Below are positions 1 to 8,207 of a stretch of 29,006 nt of DNA, piece after piece. The position numbers and the translations under genes are program-made. Each line of letters starts with the position of its first letter. The stretch's first letter is position 1. The DNA comes from a virus. Its lineage: Duplodnaviria; Caudoviricetes. A model generated the notes under the pieces. That model ran no database searches, was not told where the DNA came from, and saw nothing but the letters and a program-made list of their open reading frames with translations. The stretch covers positions 1 to 29,006 of IMG/VR virus record IMGVR_UViG_3300042484_002248; one strand, given 5' to 3'.

Positions 1-40
1 GATCACAGTCACATGGATTGGGCTGATATACGTCGGCGTC

Positions 41-580
41 TCACTTACTGAACTTGGGCTCTAATCCCAATTTAGCATAAGTCAGCTGCACACCCTGTGC
101 CTGACTGACACAATCTTCCAGAGCATTATGCAGACCCTCTTTGTTCTTGACTCTGGGGTCACCATGTACACCAAATAGGGTACGACTGTCACGTATTTTC
201 CAGTGATGCCAGGGATATGGCCACCCATATTGCTGATAGATGTTTTCCAGGATTACGATGTCGAACACTGGACCCTGTGCCCAGATATTATCCACTCCCA
301 CCAGGAATCGATTGAGGTCGGCCAACATCTGTTCAACACTGATTCTGCCCTCAGCACCCAGAGCTTCTTCACGAACAACAGGATCCTGTTCGTTCCACCA
401 GATCAGTGTATCTTCTTGATAGCTACGTCTACGTGTCAATTGTTCGTCCACATCAGGGCGAACGTAAAAGCCAGGGCCTGGCATGTCTGTGGTATAGGGA
501 TTGAACTTCACAGCACCCAGGGTCAGGATCACTGTGTCGGGTTTGGTGCCCAGTGTTTCAATGTCCAACATCAAGTCCAT
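41..580 (-). CDS. DEDDh 3'-5' exonuclease/exoribonuclease (Rv2179c/DUF5051-like)
   Basis: Motifs MLDIETLG, WAQGPVFD and HNALEDC give the D-E-D-H-D catalytic set. Confidence 0.85.
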   Translation of the reverse strand: MDLMLDIETLGTKPDTVILTLGAVKFNPYTTDMPGPGFYVRPDVDEQLTRRRSYQEDTLIWWNEQDPVVREEALGAEGRISVEQMLADLNRFLVGVDNIWAQGPVFDIVILENIYQQYGWPYPWHHWKIRDSRTLFGVHGDPRVKNKEGLHNALEDCVSQAQGVQLTYAKLGLEPKFSK

Positions 581-583
581 GGA

Positions 584-898
584 CTATTCGCTTTCGATTT
601 TTACTTGCAGTGGATAGCCGTTGGTACGGGCCAGTAGGGTTACTTCGATGCCTTTTTGTTCGGCCATTTCGTAGGGCAGAGTTGCCACCACAGCTGAACC
701 TTCGTCATGTACACGAATACACAGTGCATGAGCACCTTCTTCGGTATAATGGAAAATGTTCTTGAGACTTTCTACCACAAACTCCATGGTGGTGACATTG
801 TCATTCATATAAATGACGTTGTAATCACGGGGCTCGGGCAAATTCTCCTTGGGAGCGATTCGAGCACGAACTTCAGTTTTGGTTTTAATTTCTGCCAT
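584..898 (-). CDS. clpS: ATP-dependent Clp protease adaptor ClpS
   Basis: YNVIYMNDNVTTMEFVV..L..IF...EEGA..L...VHDEGSAVV...YEMAEQK is the ClpS signature. Confidence 0.93.
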   Translation of the reverse strand: MAEIKTKTEVRARIAPKENLPEPRDYNVIYMNDNVTTMEFVVESLKNIFHYTEEGAHALCIRVHDEGSAVVATLPYEMAEQKGIEVTLLARTNGYPLQVKIESE

Positions 899-917
899 TT
901 TAAGTATCAGTTAAATT

Positions 918-941
918 CCAGGGCAGAGGATTCCGCCCTGG
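918..941 (-). terminator. GC-rich stem-loop between hsp20 and clpS (weak terminator or stabilising/processing hairpin)
   Basis: Minus strand CCAGGGCGGA-ATCC-TCTGCCCTGG, followed only by AATTTAA (poor U-tract). Confidence 0.45.
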
Positions 942-954
942 TACAGCTATTATA

Positions 955-1398
955 CTACTTATTAAACGTAATAGCGATCTTTTTAGGCTGTTTTTCTTCT
1001 GGAATGATGTGTTCCAGAGCAATAGCCAGGATACCGTTGGTCACGGTGGCACCACGTACTTCCATGTTTTCAGCCAGTGTGAATGTGCGAGTAAAATTAC
1101 GGGCACTGATACCTTTGTGTAGATATTGTGGTTCATTTTCCGGCTTGACTTGTTCACCAGTTACGGTCAACACGCCTTCTTTGAGTTCCACGCTCAGTTC
1201 ATTTTCTCGAAATCCAGCCACTGCCACTTCCACCACATAATGGGTGTCGTCCAGCTTGCTGATGTTGTAGGGCGGATAGGTTCCATCGCTACGACTAGCG
1301 GCAAAGGTACGATTTAGCTCGTCAAAAATACGGTCAAAACCGATGGCATGACGGTGAAGAGCAGGTAAGTCAAGGGTGTTTAATGTGAATTGTGTCAT
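955..1398 (-). CDS. Small heat-shock protein (Hsp20/IbpA family)
   Basis: IGFDRIFDEL, YPPYNI, VAVAGF, YLHKGISARNFTRTFTL, NGIL. Start placed at ATG 1398 with AGGAG SD, not at 1602. Confidence 0.95.
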   Translation of the reverse strand: MTQFTLNTLDLPALHRHAIGFDRIFDELNRTFAASRSDGTYPPYNISKLDDTHYVVEVAVAGFRENELSVELKEGVLTVTGEQVKPENEPQYLHKGISARNFTRTFTLAENMEVRGATVTNGILAIALEHIIPEEKQPKKIAITFNK

Positions 1399-1401
1399 TT
1401 T

Positions 1402-1460
1402 ATATCTCCTGTTAAGCAAAATATGACGTTTGAAATGTAGCCCGATCATCGGCACTACAT
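1402..1460 (-). promoter_or_regulatory. ROSE-like RNA thermometer in the hsp20 5' UTR
   Basis: Hairpin 1 at 1435-1460. Hairpin 2 AUAUUUUGCU-UAAC-AGGAGAUAU pairs a UUGCU motif (bulged G) with the SD. Confidence 0.75.
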
Positions 1461-1463
1461 ATG

Positions 1464-1471
1464 TATTTATA
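1464..1471 (-). promoter_or_regulatory. T4-type late promoter TATAAATA upstream of hsp20
   Basis: Exact gp55-type consensus in intergenic DNA, immediately 5' of the structured leader. Confidence 0.8.
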
Positions 1472-1486
1472 CACGAAGTTCGTGTA

Positions 1487-1732
1487 TCAGTACATCTTTT
1501 TGGGCAAACTGTCTGCTTCCAGCTTTTTGCGCCAGCGCCGTTTGGCCGCTGCACGGTTTGCCTTGCGTTTGGTTGTGGGTTTAGTATAGGTTTCACGTTC
1601 ACGAAGCTCTTGAAGCAAACCTGATTCCATGATTTTCTTCTTGAATTTACGCAGAGCCTGTTCGACTTTGTCGTCGCGGACTATAACTGATGAGCCGCGA
1701 ACTCTGTCGCGAGGATTATTGAATGTTGACAT
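1487..1732 (-). CDS. rpsU: Ribosomal protein bS21
   Basis: VEQALRKFKKK..ESGLLQELRERETYTKPTTKRK..AAAKRR..LPKKMY. Start placed at ATG 1732, just after the upstream stop. Confidence 0.93.
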   Translation of the reverse strand: MSTFNNPRDRVRGSSVIVRDDKVEQALRKFKKKIMESGLLQELRERETYTKPTTKRKANRAAAKRRWRKKLEADSLPKKMY

Positions 1733-1736
1733 ATGT

Positions 1737-2123
1737 TTATTTACCGGTTTCGTATTGTTGAAAATAATTTTCTGGACTGGCAATTCGTCTGCTGTTGCCC
1801 AGAAAGTTTTTGGGACCATAATGCCAGGATTTTGGACTATCAACAATATGATCTTTTACGGGACTAAGTTCGTTGGGTTCTGTGTTTACTATGAAAGCGT
1901 CAGCCTCAGTTAGCGCAGCATTTAACCAGTCCAGGTCATTCATACCATTACGATAGATGTAGACATTATAACTGTTGATGGCTGTTCTGCAAAATTCTGC
2001 TAATTGGTCCACTTGTTGTTCTGTTGGGTCGACTAACACCACAGTCAGATAGTCATTGGTTACAAAATCTGGCGGAGTGATGAAACTTGTGTATACTTCT
2101 ATGGCATCAGCGAATTCAGACAA
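1737..2123 (-). CDS. Hypothetical phage protein
   Basis: 128-aa ORF tiling between neighbours, TTG start with upstream GGAGG. Confidence 0.7.
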   Translation of the reverse strand: MSEFADAIEVYTSFITPPDFVTNDYLTVVLVDPTEQQVDQLAEFCRTAINSYNVYIYRNGMNDLDWLNAALTEADAFIVNTEPNELSPVKDHIVDSPKSWHYGPKNFLGNSRRIASPENYFQQYETGK

Positions 2124-3834
2124 TTGGGCCTCCCATCATGGCTGTCACCTGCTGTTGTTCTGTTGCAGATAAATCGTCCCATTCGTATTCACGATCTTGT
2201 AGTTTCTGAACCAGGAAGGCCACATACATTTCATTGTATGCATAAGAATCTGTGGTGTTCTTGTTGATTTGAATCCAGGTCTGTTCGTTCCATTTGAACA
2301 GGCGGCTGGGTTTAAAGTCTGTACGCAGGAACATGTCACCTTTACCAGGACTGTGGGGGAATTCTGGTCCGAAATCTGTACGTGGAGGTGCTGGCACCAC
2401 AGCATCTGGATTGGCCATGGGATCAAACATGTGAGATATCAGTACAGGTTCTCCCTGTGGTAGATCTGCTGCGGCCAATTCCCGAATCTGTTCCACTTGC
2501 TGATCAGTCAATGGGCCATCATCTGGTTCATATGCTGGTACTGGTGGTGTGCGCTGAAGCTCATTGATGTGCGCTACTAGAGCATCACGATCCACCTTGA
2601 GTTGTGACAATTCCTGATCTCTTTGTTCCAGAACTGTATATGCATGGTGACGTTGCTGATCTGCGTCCTGGTTACGCTGTAGGGCATTGGCCAGCAGAGT
2701 GGCCTGGATTTCATTATCCTGATTTGCCTGCGTTAACTGCCCCAGCACTCGACTATAATGTGCTTCCATATTGGTGTATTCCTGTGTCAGCTGTGCAATG
2801 GCTGCGGCTTGGCGTTCCATGGCCTCGGTGTCAGGAGGGGTGGTGTGCTGAGCAGGTTGTGCTGCCAGTTGTTCAGTGAGCTCGCCGACCCTTAGTCTGA
2901 CGTGCATGAGTTCCACAATGTTGTCTTTGTAATCCTGTTCGAGTTTGAGCAATTCTTGATTCTGTGTGTAAAATTGCTCATTCTCTTCTGTGAGTTTGTT
3001 GACCATTTCGTGAAGCTCGGCTATCATTCGAGCATCTTGAAATGGTTTGGCTTTTTCGACTCGGCGAGCACGCCAGGCTTCCATGCCCCATTGCATCTGC
3101 TTGGTGCCGGCCAGGATCAACACAATGGCCAGAGGGTCAAATACAGCAACAATCAGTATGATGACCCAGCGCACAGAACGTTCCAAGAGATTGGCATCAG
3201 GATTATCACCATAAATCAGGGCTGCTACGTATTTGACTGGTCCGACTTCGGCTTCGATTTTACGGAGGTCACGGGCAATGACTGCTCGTTCTTCATTGAG
3301 CTTTGCGATTTCAGTCTGCGCCTTGCCAATATCATCCTGGAGTTTTGTCCGATCTTTGGCCTGTTGGTTTCTGAGATTGTTGGCGTTTCGGGCACCTTGT
3401 TCGTTGTTGGAACGAGACAGCACCGCATCCACTGCGCCATCCATCTGAGTAAGAACTTTACGTGCTGCATTGATGTTCTCCCGTTGAGTTACAATCTTGG
3501 TGTCCACTAATTCTATCTGTGCTGCAACATCACTGGTGGGCACTGCCTGATCCAGATGTGCTTTACTCAGGAAACCAAATACACTGAGGCTGGTCAACAA
3601 CATCAGGAATATCACTGATGGTACCAAATATAATTTATATGCCAGGTTGGCCCGATCCCAATTACGGTGCAACCAGATGGCTGTCATGATCTTGCCGGCT
3701 TCCAGCACTGATCCCATGATGATCACAGGCAGGGCGGCTGCGGCAAATATGGCCACCAGGCCCAGAATACTGTAGTAAGCGGCCACGCCACTGATGGCCA
3801 TGGCTATTAATAAGGTGAAGAATCCAAGTATCAT
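2116..3834 (-). CDS. Membrane-anchored coiled-coil protein
   Basis: N-terminal hydrophobic helices, a further TM segment (WVIILIVAVFDPLAIVLILA), long Q/E/L heptad regions and a small C-terminal domain (FGPEFP..PGKGDMFLRTD..LFKW). Confidence 0.8.
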   Translation of the reverse strand: MILGFFTLLIAMAISGVAAYYSILGLVAIFAAAALPVIIMGSVLEAGKIMTAIWLHRNWDRANLAYKLYLVPSVIFLMLLTSLSVFGFLSKAHLDQAVPTSDVAAQIELVDTKIVTQRENINAARKVLTQMDGAVDAVLSRSNNEQGARNANNLRNQQAKDRTKLQDDIGKAQTEIAKLNEERAVIARDLRKIEAEVGPVKYVAALIYGDNPDANLLERSVRWVIILIVAVFDPLAIVLILAGTKQMQWGMEAWRARRVEKAKPFQDARMIAELHEMVNKLTEENEQFYTQNQELLKLEQDYKDNIVELMHVRLRVGELTEQLAAQPAQHTTPPDTEAMERQAAAIAQLTQEYTNMEAHYSRVLGQLTQANQDNEIQATLLANALQRNQDADQQRHHAYTVLEQRDQELSQLKVDRDALVAHINELQRTPPVPAYEPDDGPLTDQQVEQIRELAAADLPQGEPVLISHMFDPMANPDAVVPAPPRTDFGPEFPHSPGKGDMFLRTDFKPSRLFKWNEQTWIQINKNTTDSYAYNEMYVAFLVQKLQDREYEWDDLSATEQQQVTAMMGGPIV

Positions 3835-3841
3835 AGTAGTG

Positions 3842-3894
3842 TATTTATCTCGAGGTTATCCGGTATTTTACTACTGTTGTGGATGGCGAGTCAA
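3842..3894 (-). promoter_or_regulatory. Tandem promoters: sigma70-like TTGACT-18-TAAAAT (3865-3894) and late-type GATAAATA (TAAATA at 3842-3847)
   Basis: Both motifs lie in the intergenic gap upstream of the 3834 start. Confidence 0.55.
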
Positions 3895-3921
3895 ATTATT
3901 TGATTTAATTTAAGATTAAAA

Positions 3922-5649
3922 TTAGTTATGTTCCTGCCAGTTTACAATGCCCACAGCATCATCGTTGTTGGTAGTGGCTATCGCTGCCAAACACCATATG
4001 TCTGACACACCTGCTATGGTTCTGCCCAACTGTTGGCTAAAGTCTATTTCATTGCTAGTAACCATAGCAGATCCGCCCTTGTTAGATCCTACAAATACAC
4101 CTTGTGTTATTACTTTGCCACCGGATAATGCTGTGGCAGAGATGTCGTACTCTACTGTGCTGTCTGTGTCAGCACTGGTCCAACTGGCTCCAGTCAGTGT
4201 GGGATTGAGAATAATGCGATAGGCAAATGCTGCCAGTTGTAGTCCATAGACATCAAAAGCTGTAGGCACTACGATAGAGTCTAGGGCTGTTGACTTCATA
4301 CGCAAACAGACTAATGGTATGTAGGCAGTGTCGCTGAGATTTTTACCAGTTAATGATGTTCCTATGGCACGGGTAAAACTGCGATTACTATACCCGCCTT
4401 CTGACATAACTGTACTACAGATTGCTCGCATTGTGGCTGCTGGCCCAGTGCTGATCAATTCATATCGCAAGGGTAATGTAGCACTGGTCATGTAGACCTT
4501 GTTTAATATGTTGGCATGGTGAAAACTGTGACAAACAATGAACTGGCCGTTAACAACAAATCCACAACGTACTGTTCCTACACCTAACCATTCTATGTCT
4601 GTCCAGAAGATCTGTGCTTTGGTTACATCTAATGTTATTCCGCTGGCTCCAGTTCCATCTAATTTATCACCATTCCACGAAGCCTGGGCAAATTTTTCTG
4701 TAGTGTCATCTACTGAACCAGAGGTGTATTTTCTAATAACTAGATTTTTTGTTGTGCCCGCCACTTCAAAGTAAACACCGTTCTCTGCTCCAAAGTAGCC
4801 TGCTCGTTGTGTAACACCCGCGGTAGGAGTGTTCATAACAAAGGTCAACAGCACCAATAGACTCTTACCAGGCTGGTAGGAAAATACCTGTTTAGTCTGA
4901 CGAATGGCTGATCCTGCTTCTGTAGCATTCATCAGTATAGAACTTTCATTAGGTAAGAAAGTGGAAACGGCAGAGCCAGTATCTACTTGGTCCCACTTGT
5001 ATGTGTTGTCAAAGTAACGCAGTCCGCCATCAAACAGTGTATAGGGATTGCTTACACGCAGTCTACCAAACGCATCAGTAGCCATTGCTCCTAAAGTTAC
5101 AGAGTTGATGCCAGTTAGGGTAGCATTTACTGTACCACTGATAGGAACAGGATTGCCACTGTCGTTCTTGATCTCTACTTCTGGCAGGCTGGTGATTGCA
5201 ATGCCCGGCATACTGGTTATACTGACATTACCTGATACACCCACATTACCTGTCATAGCTGGCATTTGTGTTATAGATACATTACTTGGAAAGTTAGTAA
5301 CTGTGATGCCAGGTAAACTTGTGATGCTTACGTTGCTGGGAAAGTTTGTTACTGTGATGCCGGGCAGTTGACTGATACCGACATTACCACTAACGCCCAC
5401 ATTGCCTTGTACCGGAACAAATGTGGTCAAGTTGCCAAATGTGCCAACTTCGGTTAGATGGACATGGACTGGATCAATGGGACTAGATGTAACATTAATG
5501 GTACCCGGCACATTGACATTGCCTGAGATAACAATGTTACCAGCAAATCCGGTTCGGACCACAATGTCATTATTGCCGTCCACATACAGAGCGTTGGTCA
5601 GATTCTGTAGTCTGGAATCAACACCAGGGCCTTTGTTGCTGGCACTCAT
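3922..5649 (-). CDS. Putative virion fibre/appendage protein with repeat stalk and beta-rich C-terminal domain
   Basis: G/S/T/V/N-rich, internal repeats, then DAFGRLRVSNPYTLFD leading into a beta-rich domain. Confidence 0.65.
   Translation of the reverse strand: MSASNKGPGVDSRLQNLTNALYVDGNNDIVVRTGFAGNIVISGNVNVPGTINVTSSPIDPVHVHLTEVGTFGNLTTFVPVQGNVGVSGNVGISQLPGITVTNFPSNVSITSLPGITVTNFPSNVSITQMPAMTGNVGVSGNVSITSMPGIAITSLPEVEIKNDSGNPVPISGTVNATLTGINSVTLGAMATDAFGRLRVSNPYTLFDGGLRYFDNTYKWDQVDTGSAVSTFLPNESSILMNATEAGSAIRQTKQVFSYQPGKSLLVLLTFVMNTPTAGVTQRAGYFGAENGVYFEVAGTTKNLVIRKYTSGSVDDTTEKFAQASWNGDKLDGTGASGITLDVTKAQIFWTDIEWLGVGTVRCGFVVNGQFIVCHSFHHANILNKVYMTSATLPLRYELISTGPAATMRAICSTVMSEGGYSNRSFTRAIGTSLTGKNLSDTAYIPLVCLRMKSTALDSIVVPTAFDVYGLQLAAFAYRIILNPTLTGASWTSADTDSTVEYDISATALSGGKVITQGVFVGSNKGGSAMVTSNEIDFSQQLGRTIAGVSDIWCLAAIATTNNDDAVGIVNWQEHN
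5180..5403 (-). repeat. Intragenic peptide repeats (LPGITVTNFPSNVSIT x2, GNVGVSGNV x2, SIT(S/Q)(L/M)P variants)
   Basis: Visible in the translation; the DNA copies differ at synonymous sites. Confidence 0.8.
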
Positions 5650-5942
5650 TAATCTAGATCTAGAATGCTCATCTGACTGGCGGCTGTGCTGATCACGGCC
5701 ACTTTGTTGCCAGATTTGAAGTTAAATATCATGCTGGTGTTGCTGGGGATGACGAAACCGTTGCTGGTAGTTACACCAGGTGCTGTACCAAACTGCACAC
5801 TCTGTGCCAGGTTACCAGTGGTGATCAGGATACGGCGTGAAGTAAACGCATTGCTGACCACTGTGGTGGTGCTGGTCTGTAGCGTCTGATACTTGGCGCT
5901 GTCGGCACCGTCGATTGTGTGAATTGTGTAATATTGACTCAT
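5649..5942 (-). CDS. Small S/T-rich beta protein, probably structural
   Basis: AAGGA SD, TAATG coupling to the fibre gene. Confidence 0.65.
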   Translation of the reverse strand: MSQYYTIHTIDGADSAKYQTLQTSTTTVVSNAFTSRRILITTGNLAQSVQFGTAPGVTTSNGFVIPSNTSMIFNFKSGNKVAVISTAASQMSILDLD

Positions 5943-5951
5943 GTTAGTTCC

Positions 5952-6281
5952 TTATCGTTGTGCTTGGAAGCCAGGGTACATACTGGGGGCATTGGTGCGG
6001 ATGTCTGCAGGGTTCTTGCTGTGATGCATGTCGTCACCGGCAGGAAAGGCTGCGGTCATGGCTGATACTTGCTCATCAGGTTCATTGGCATATTCAGGTT
6101 CTGCACAGCTGGTGTCGGGCATGCCGGCCAATTGTCGAATCATCATCAGTGGATCCATGCCCTGAGGTTCAGGCTCAGGATTGATGGCTAGATCAATCAC
6201 TGCCACTTGTGATTCTTGGTCTTGTTCCGTTTCTTGATCTATCAGATCAATTATTCCCCGGATGATGTCAGTTATTTTCAT
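5952..6281 (-). CDS. Acidic hypothetical protein, possibly internal head protein
   Basis: CTAAATA late box (TAAATA at 6302-6307); N-terminus MKITDIIRGIIDLIDQE. Confidence 0.65.
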   Translation of the reverse strand: MKITDIIRGIIDLIDQETEQDQESQVAVIDLAINPEPEPQGMDPLMMIRQLAGMPDTSCAEPEYANEPDEQVSAMTAAFPAGDDMHHSKNPADIRTNAPSMYPGFQAQR

Positions 6282-6314
6282 GGGCTTTCCGTATTATGTA
6301 GTATTTAGCTGCCC

Positions 6315-6342
6315 AAGAAAAAGCCCGCACAAAGGCGGGCCT
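6315..6342 (-). terminator. Rho-independent terminator closing the early-gene block
   Basis: GCCCGC-CTTTGT-GCGGGC followed by TTTTTCTT on the minus strand. Confidence 0.88.
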
Positions 6343-6363
6343 GGTACCGCAGAATCAGCACAC

Positions 6364-6738
6364 TTACCGAATCACCACCTGATCCGGTCGGGCACGGTCG
6401 CTGTACAGTTGAGTACCACGTTCACGCATGAGATCAGCAGCATCCTGTGGAGTGTTCTCAAACATTTTTCTGATGTGTTGCTCAGTGATGGCGTCACCCA
6501 CTGGCACCAGATAGATCTCGTAGTGCCGTTGGGTGTTGAATCTGGCCCGGAGTTTCATAGCCGACAAGGTACTGGATAACTGCTTATTCAAGGGATTGCC
6601 AGGATCTCGTCCTTTAGGGTTGGATAATATACTAGCAACTCTGTTCTGCTGTTCCAGATCCAGTGCATCGTAATCCACTTCCACAACACCTTCCAGTCCA
6701 GTGTTGTCCCAGCTCAACAGTAATGCTCGATTGCTCAT
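6364..6738 (-). CDS. Hypothetical phage protein
   Basis: ATGA overlap with the upstream gene's stop at 6735-6737. Confidence 0.7.
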   Translation of the reverse strand: MSNRALLLSWDNTGLEGVVEVDYDALDLEQQNRVASILSNPKGRDPGNPLNKQLSSTLSAMKLRARFNTQRHYEIYLVPVGDAITEQHIRKMFENTPQDAADLMRERGTQLYSDRARPDQVVIR

Positions 6739-6998
6739 GACCACCTCAGTGCAAATGCTGTTGCCACATGTGGATCACCAAACCAGAATTCCACAACTCG
6801 TTGAGTTTGGTGGTTTTGATCACCAACATTCTTCCAATTCCAGTCAAGCGGGGGATCGTCCTTACAAAATGAGGTGGGATATTTATGTTGAGGTGTATTA
6901 TCCACGCACCAGGATAACATGTTACTGAGCCTGTCAGGGTATACTAAACCAACGTATCCCCCTGCAGGGTCGGTAATTTCAACGGTAATTTTATGCAT
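6735..6998 (-). CDS. Hypothetical phage protein
   Basis: AAGGTGG SD before ATG 6998; alternative GTG start at 7007. Confidence 0.6.
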   Translation of the reverse strand: MHKITVEITDPAGGYVGLVYPDRLSNMLSWCVDNTPQHKYPTSFCKDDPPLDWNWKNVGDQNHQTQRVVEFWFGDPHVATAFALRWS

Positions 6999-7008
6999 TA
7001 CAGCCACC

Positions 7009-7416
7009 TTATTTGATCAATGCTTCAACTTCATAAGGACGGTTCCAGGATCCGATATTCACATCCACGTACCAGCCCACGTCAAAGTAGTCAGACTGGA
7101 TGTCGCTGCGATCGTGATTGCCTGTCATCATGGCCTGCATGAGCTCGTCCAGACATTTCAGAGCCTGACCAGAAAAATGGTTGTGATAGTGATAGGGGTT
7201 TATGGTCAGATGACGCTCTGCAGGAGTATGGCTGAATTTCTGTGCTGCCATTGTGCTGTTGAAATTGTCCAGGAAATCGATGATGCCCGATTTTACATTC
7301 AGCACCAGCACCATGTGATTGCGAACTGACAGCGAGCCCCGGATGTGATACTTTTTCAGGATGTCTTTGACCACAGGGGCGATCCGGGCCTTGCGCTCTT
7401 GGTTCATATAAGCCAT
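7009..7416 (-). CDS. Conserved-looking hypothetical early phage protein
   Basis: GGAG SD; C-terminal D.SDIQSDYFDVGWYVDVNIG.W..PY motif recalled from small phage proteins. Confidence 0.75.
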   Translation of the reverse strand: MAYMNQERKARIAPVVKDILKKYHIRGSLSVRNHMVLVLNVKSGIIDFLDNFNSTMAAQKFSHTPAERHLTINPYHYHNHFSGQALKCLDELMQAMMTGNHDRSDIQSDYFDVGWYVDVNIGSWNRPYEVEALIK

Positions 7417-7443
7417 GTCTTACTCCGTTCAATTAAATGGGGA

Positions 7444-7725
7444 TTAAACTCGTGCCAGGTACGCTTGCATACCAGCTTGGGTGGGCTCAAAGCCCCAAAT
7501 CTTCAAAACTTTCTTAATTGCTGGTGAAACGAACCCTTTATGTTGCAGGATTTCCATGGGCTGTAATCTCTCAAGAGCAAAAAAGTACTCTTCTACTGTG
7601 AAATTCTTGACTAGGAATCGGACAAATTCTGCCTTACCACCACGCTTGAAACGTGCAACAAACTGGCCCTGGTACTGCAAATACATGCCGTCGTACACGA
7701 ACTGCTCGGGGTTGAATTTAGTCAT
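7444..7725 (-). CDS. Hypothetical early phage protein
   Basis: GGAG SD, directly downstream of promoter 7756-7784. Confidence 0.75.
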   Translation of the reverse strand: MTKFNPEQFVYDGMYLQYQGQFVARFKRGGKAEFVRFLVKNFTVEEYFFALERLQPMEILQHKGFVSPAIKKVLKIWGFEPTQAGMQAYLARV

Positions 7726-7755
7726 TTAATGCTCCGTATCATTTACAATACAACT

Positions 7756-7784
7756 ATTATACAATTAAATGAATTTAGGGTCGA
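7756..7784 (-). promoter_or_regulatory. Early sigma70-type promoter TCGACC-17-TATAAT
   Basis: Same architecture recurs at 8150-8178 and 9680-9708. Confidence 0.8.
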
Positions 7785-7792
7785 ATCATTTA

Positions 7793-8119
7793 TCAAACAA
7801 TTCGGAACGCTATTCCCTGGGCTGAACGGGTTTTGGTGTAGTTGCGTTCTGTGCAGATTTCGTCCAGTTCACGCACCATGCGACGGTCACGGACCTCAGC
7901 TTTTTCCACTTTGATCACTATGAATGTCTTGCGATAATTGATGTAGGTGTTGCTGCCTGTATATGCCAGACACACGATATCACGCATGGTCTCAGCTTGA
8001 GCACGTTGGCTGGCTGTGTAACGCATACGGCACTCGTCGCTGTAACGATCAGCGTCACGGGCTGCTGCATAAGCAAATCGACCAGCTGGCTTTGTGTCCA
8101 AATCACGTGCTGTAAGCAT
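7793..8119 (-). CDS. Hypothetical early phage protein
   Basis: Start placed at ATG 8119 (AGGGG SD), downstream of promoter 8150-8178. Confidence 0.7.
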   Translation of the reverse strand: MLTARDLDTKPAGRFAYAAARDADRYSDECRMRYTASQRAQAETMRDIVCLAYTGSNTYINYRKTFIVIKVEKAEVRDRRMVRELDEICTERNYTKTRSAQGIAFRIV

Positions 8120-8149
8120 CTTCAACCCCTGTTTGTTTACCGTATCAAC

Positions 8150-8207
8150 AGTATACAATTAATGGATTTTCGGGTCGATAAATGATTACTGTTGTATTTT
8201 TACAACA
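8150..8207 (-). promoter_or_regulatory. Early promoter TCGACC-17-TATACT with upstream palindrome TGTTG-N8-CAACA (8190-8207)
   Basis: Direct sequence match to the other two promoters; the palindrome is shared with 9742-9759. Confidence 0.8.

Noticed and set aside
1399-1846. Long N-terminal extensions of Hsp20 (to 1602) and bS21 (to 1846) in the ORF track
   Set aside because: They overlap neighbouring genes; family similarity, the hsp20 SD and promoter positions point to starts at 1398 and 1732
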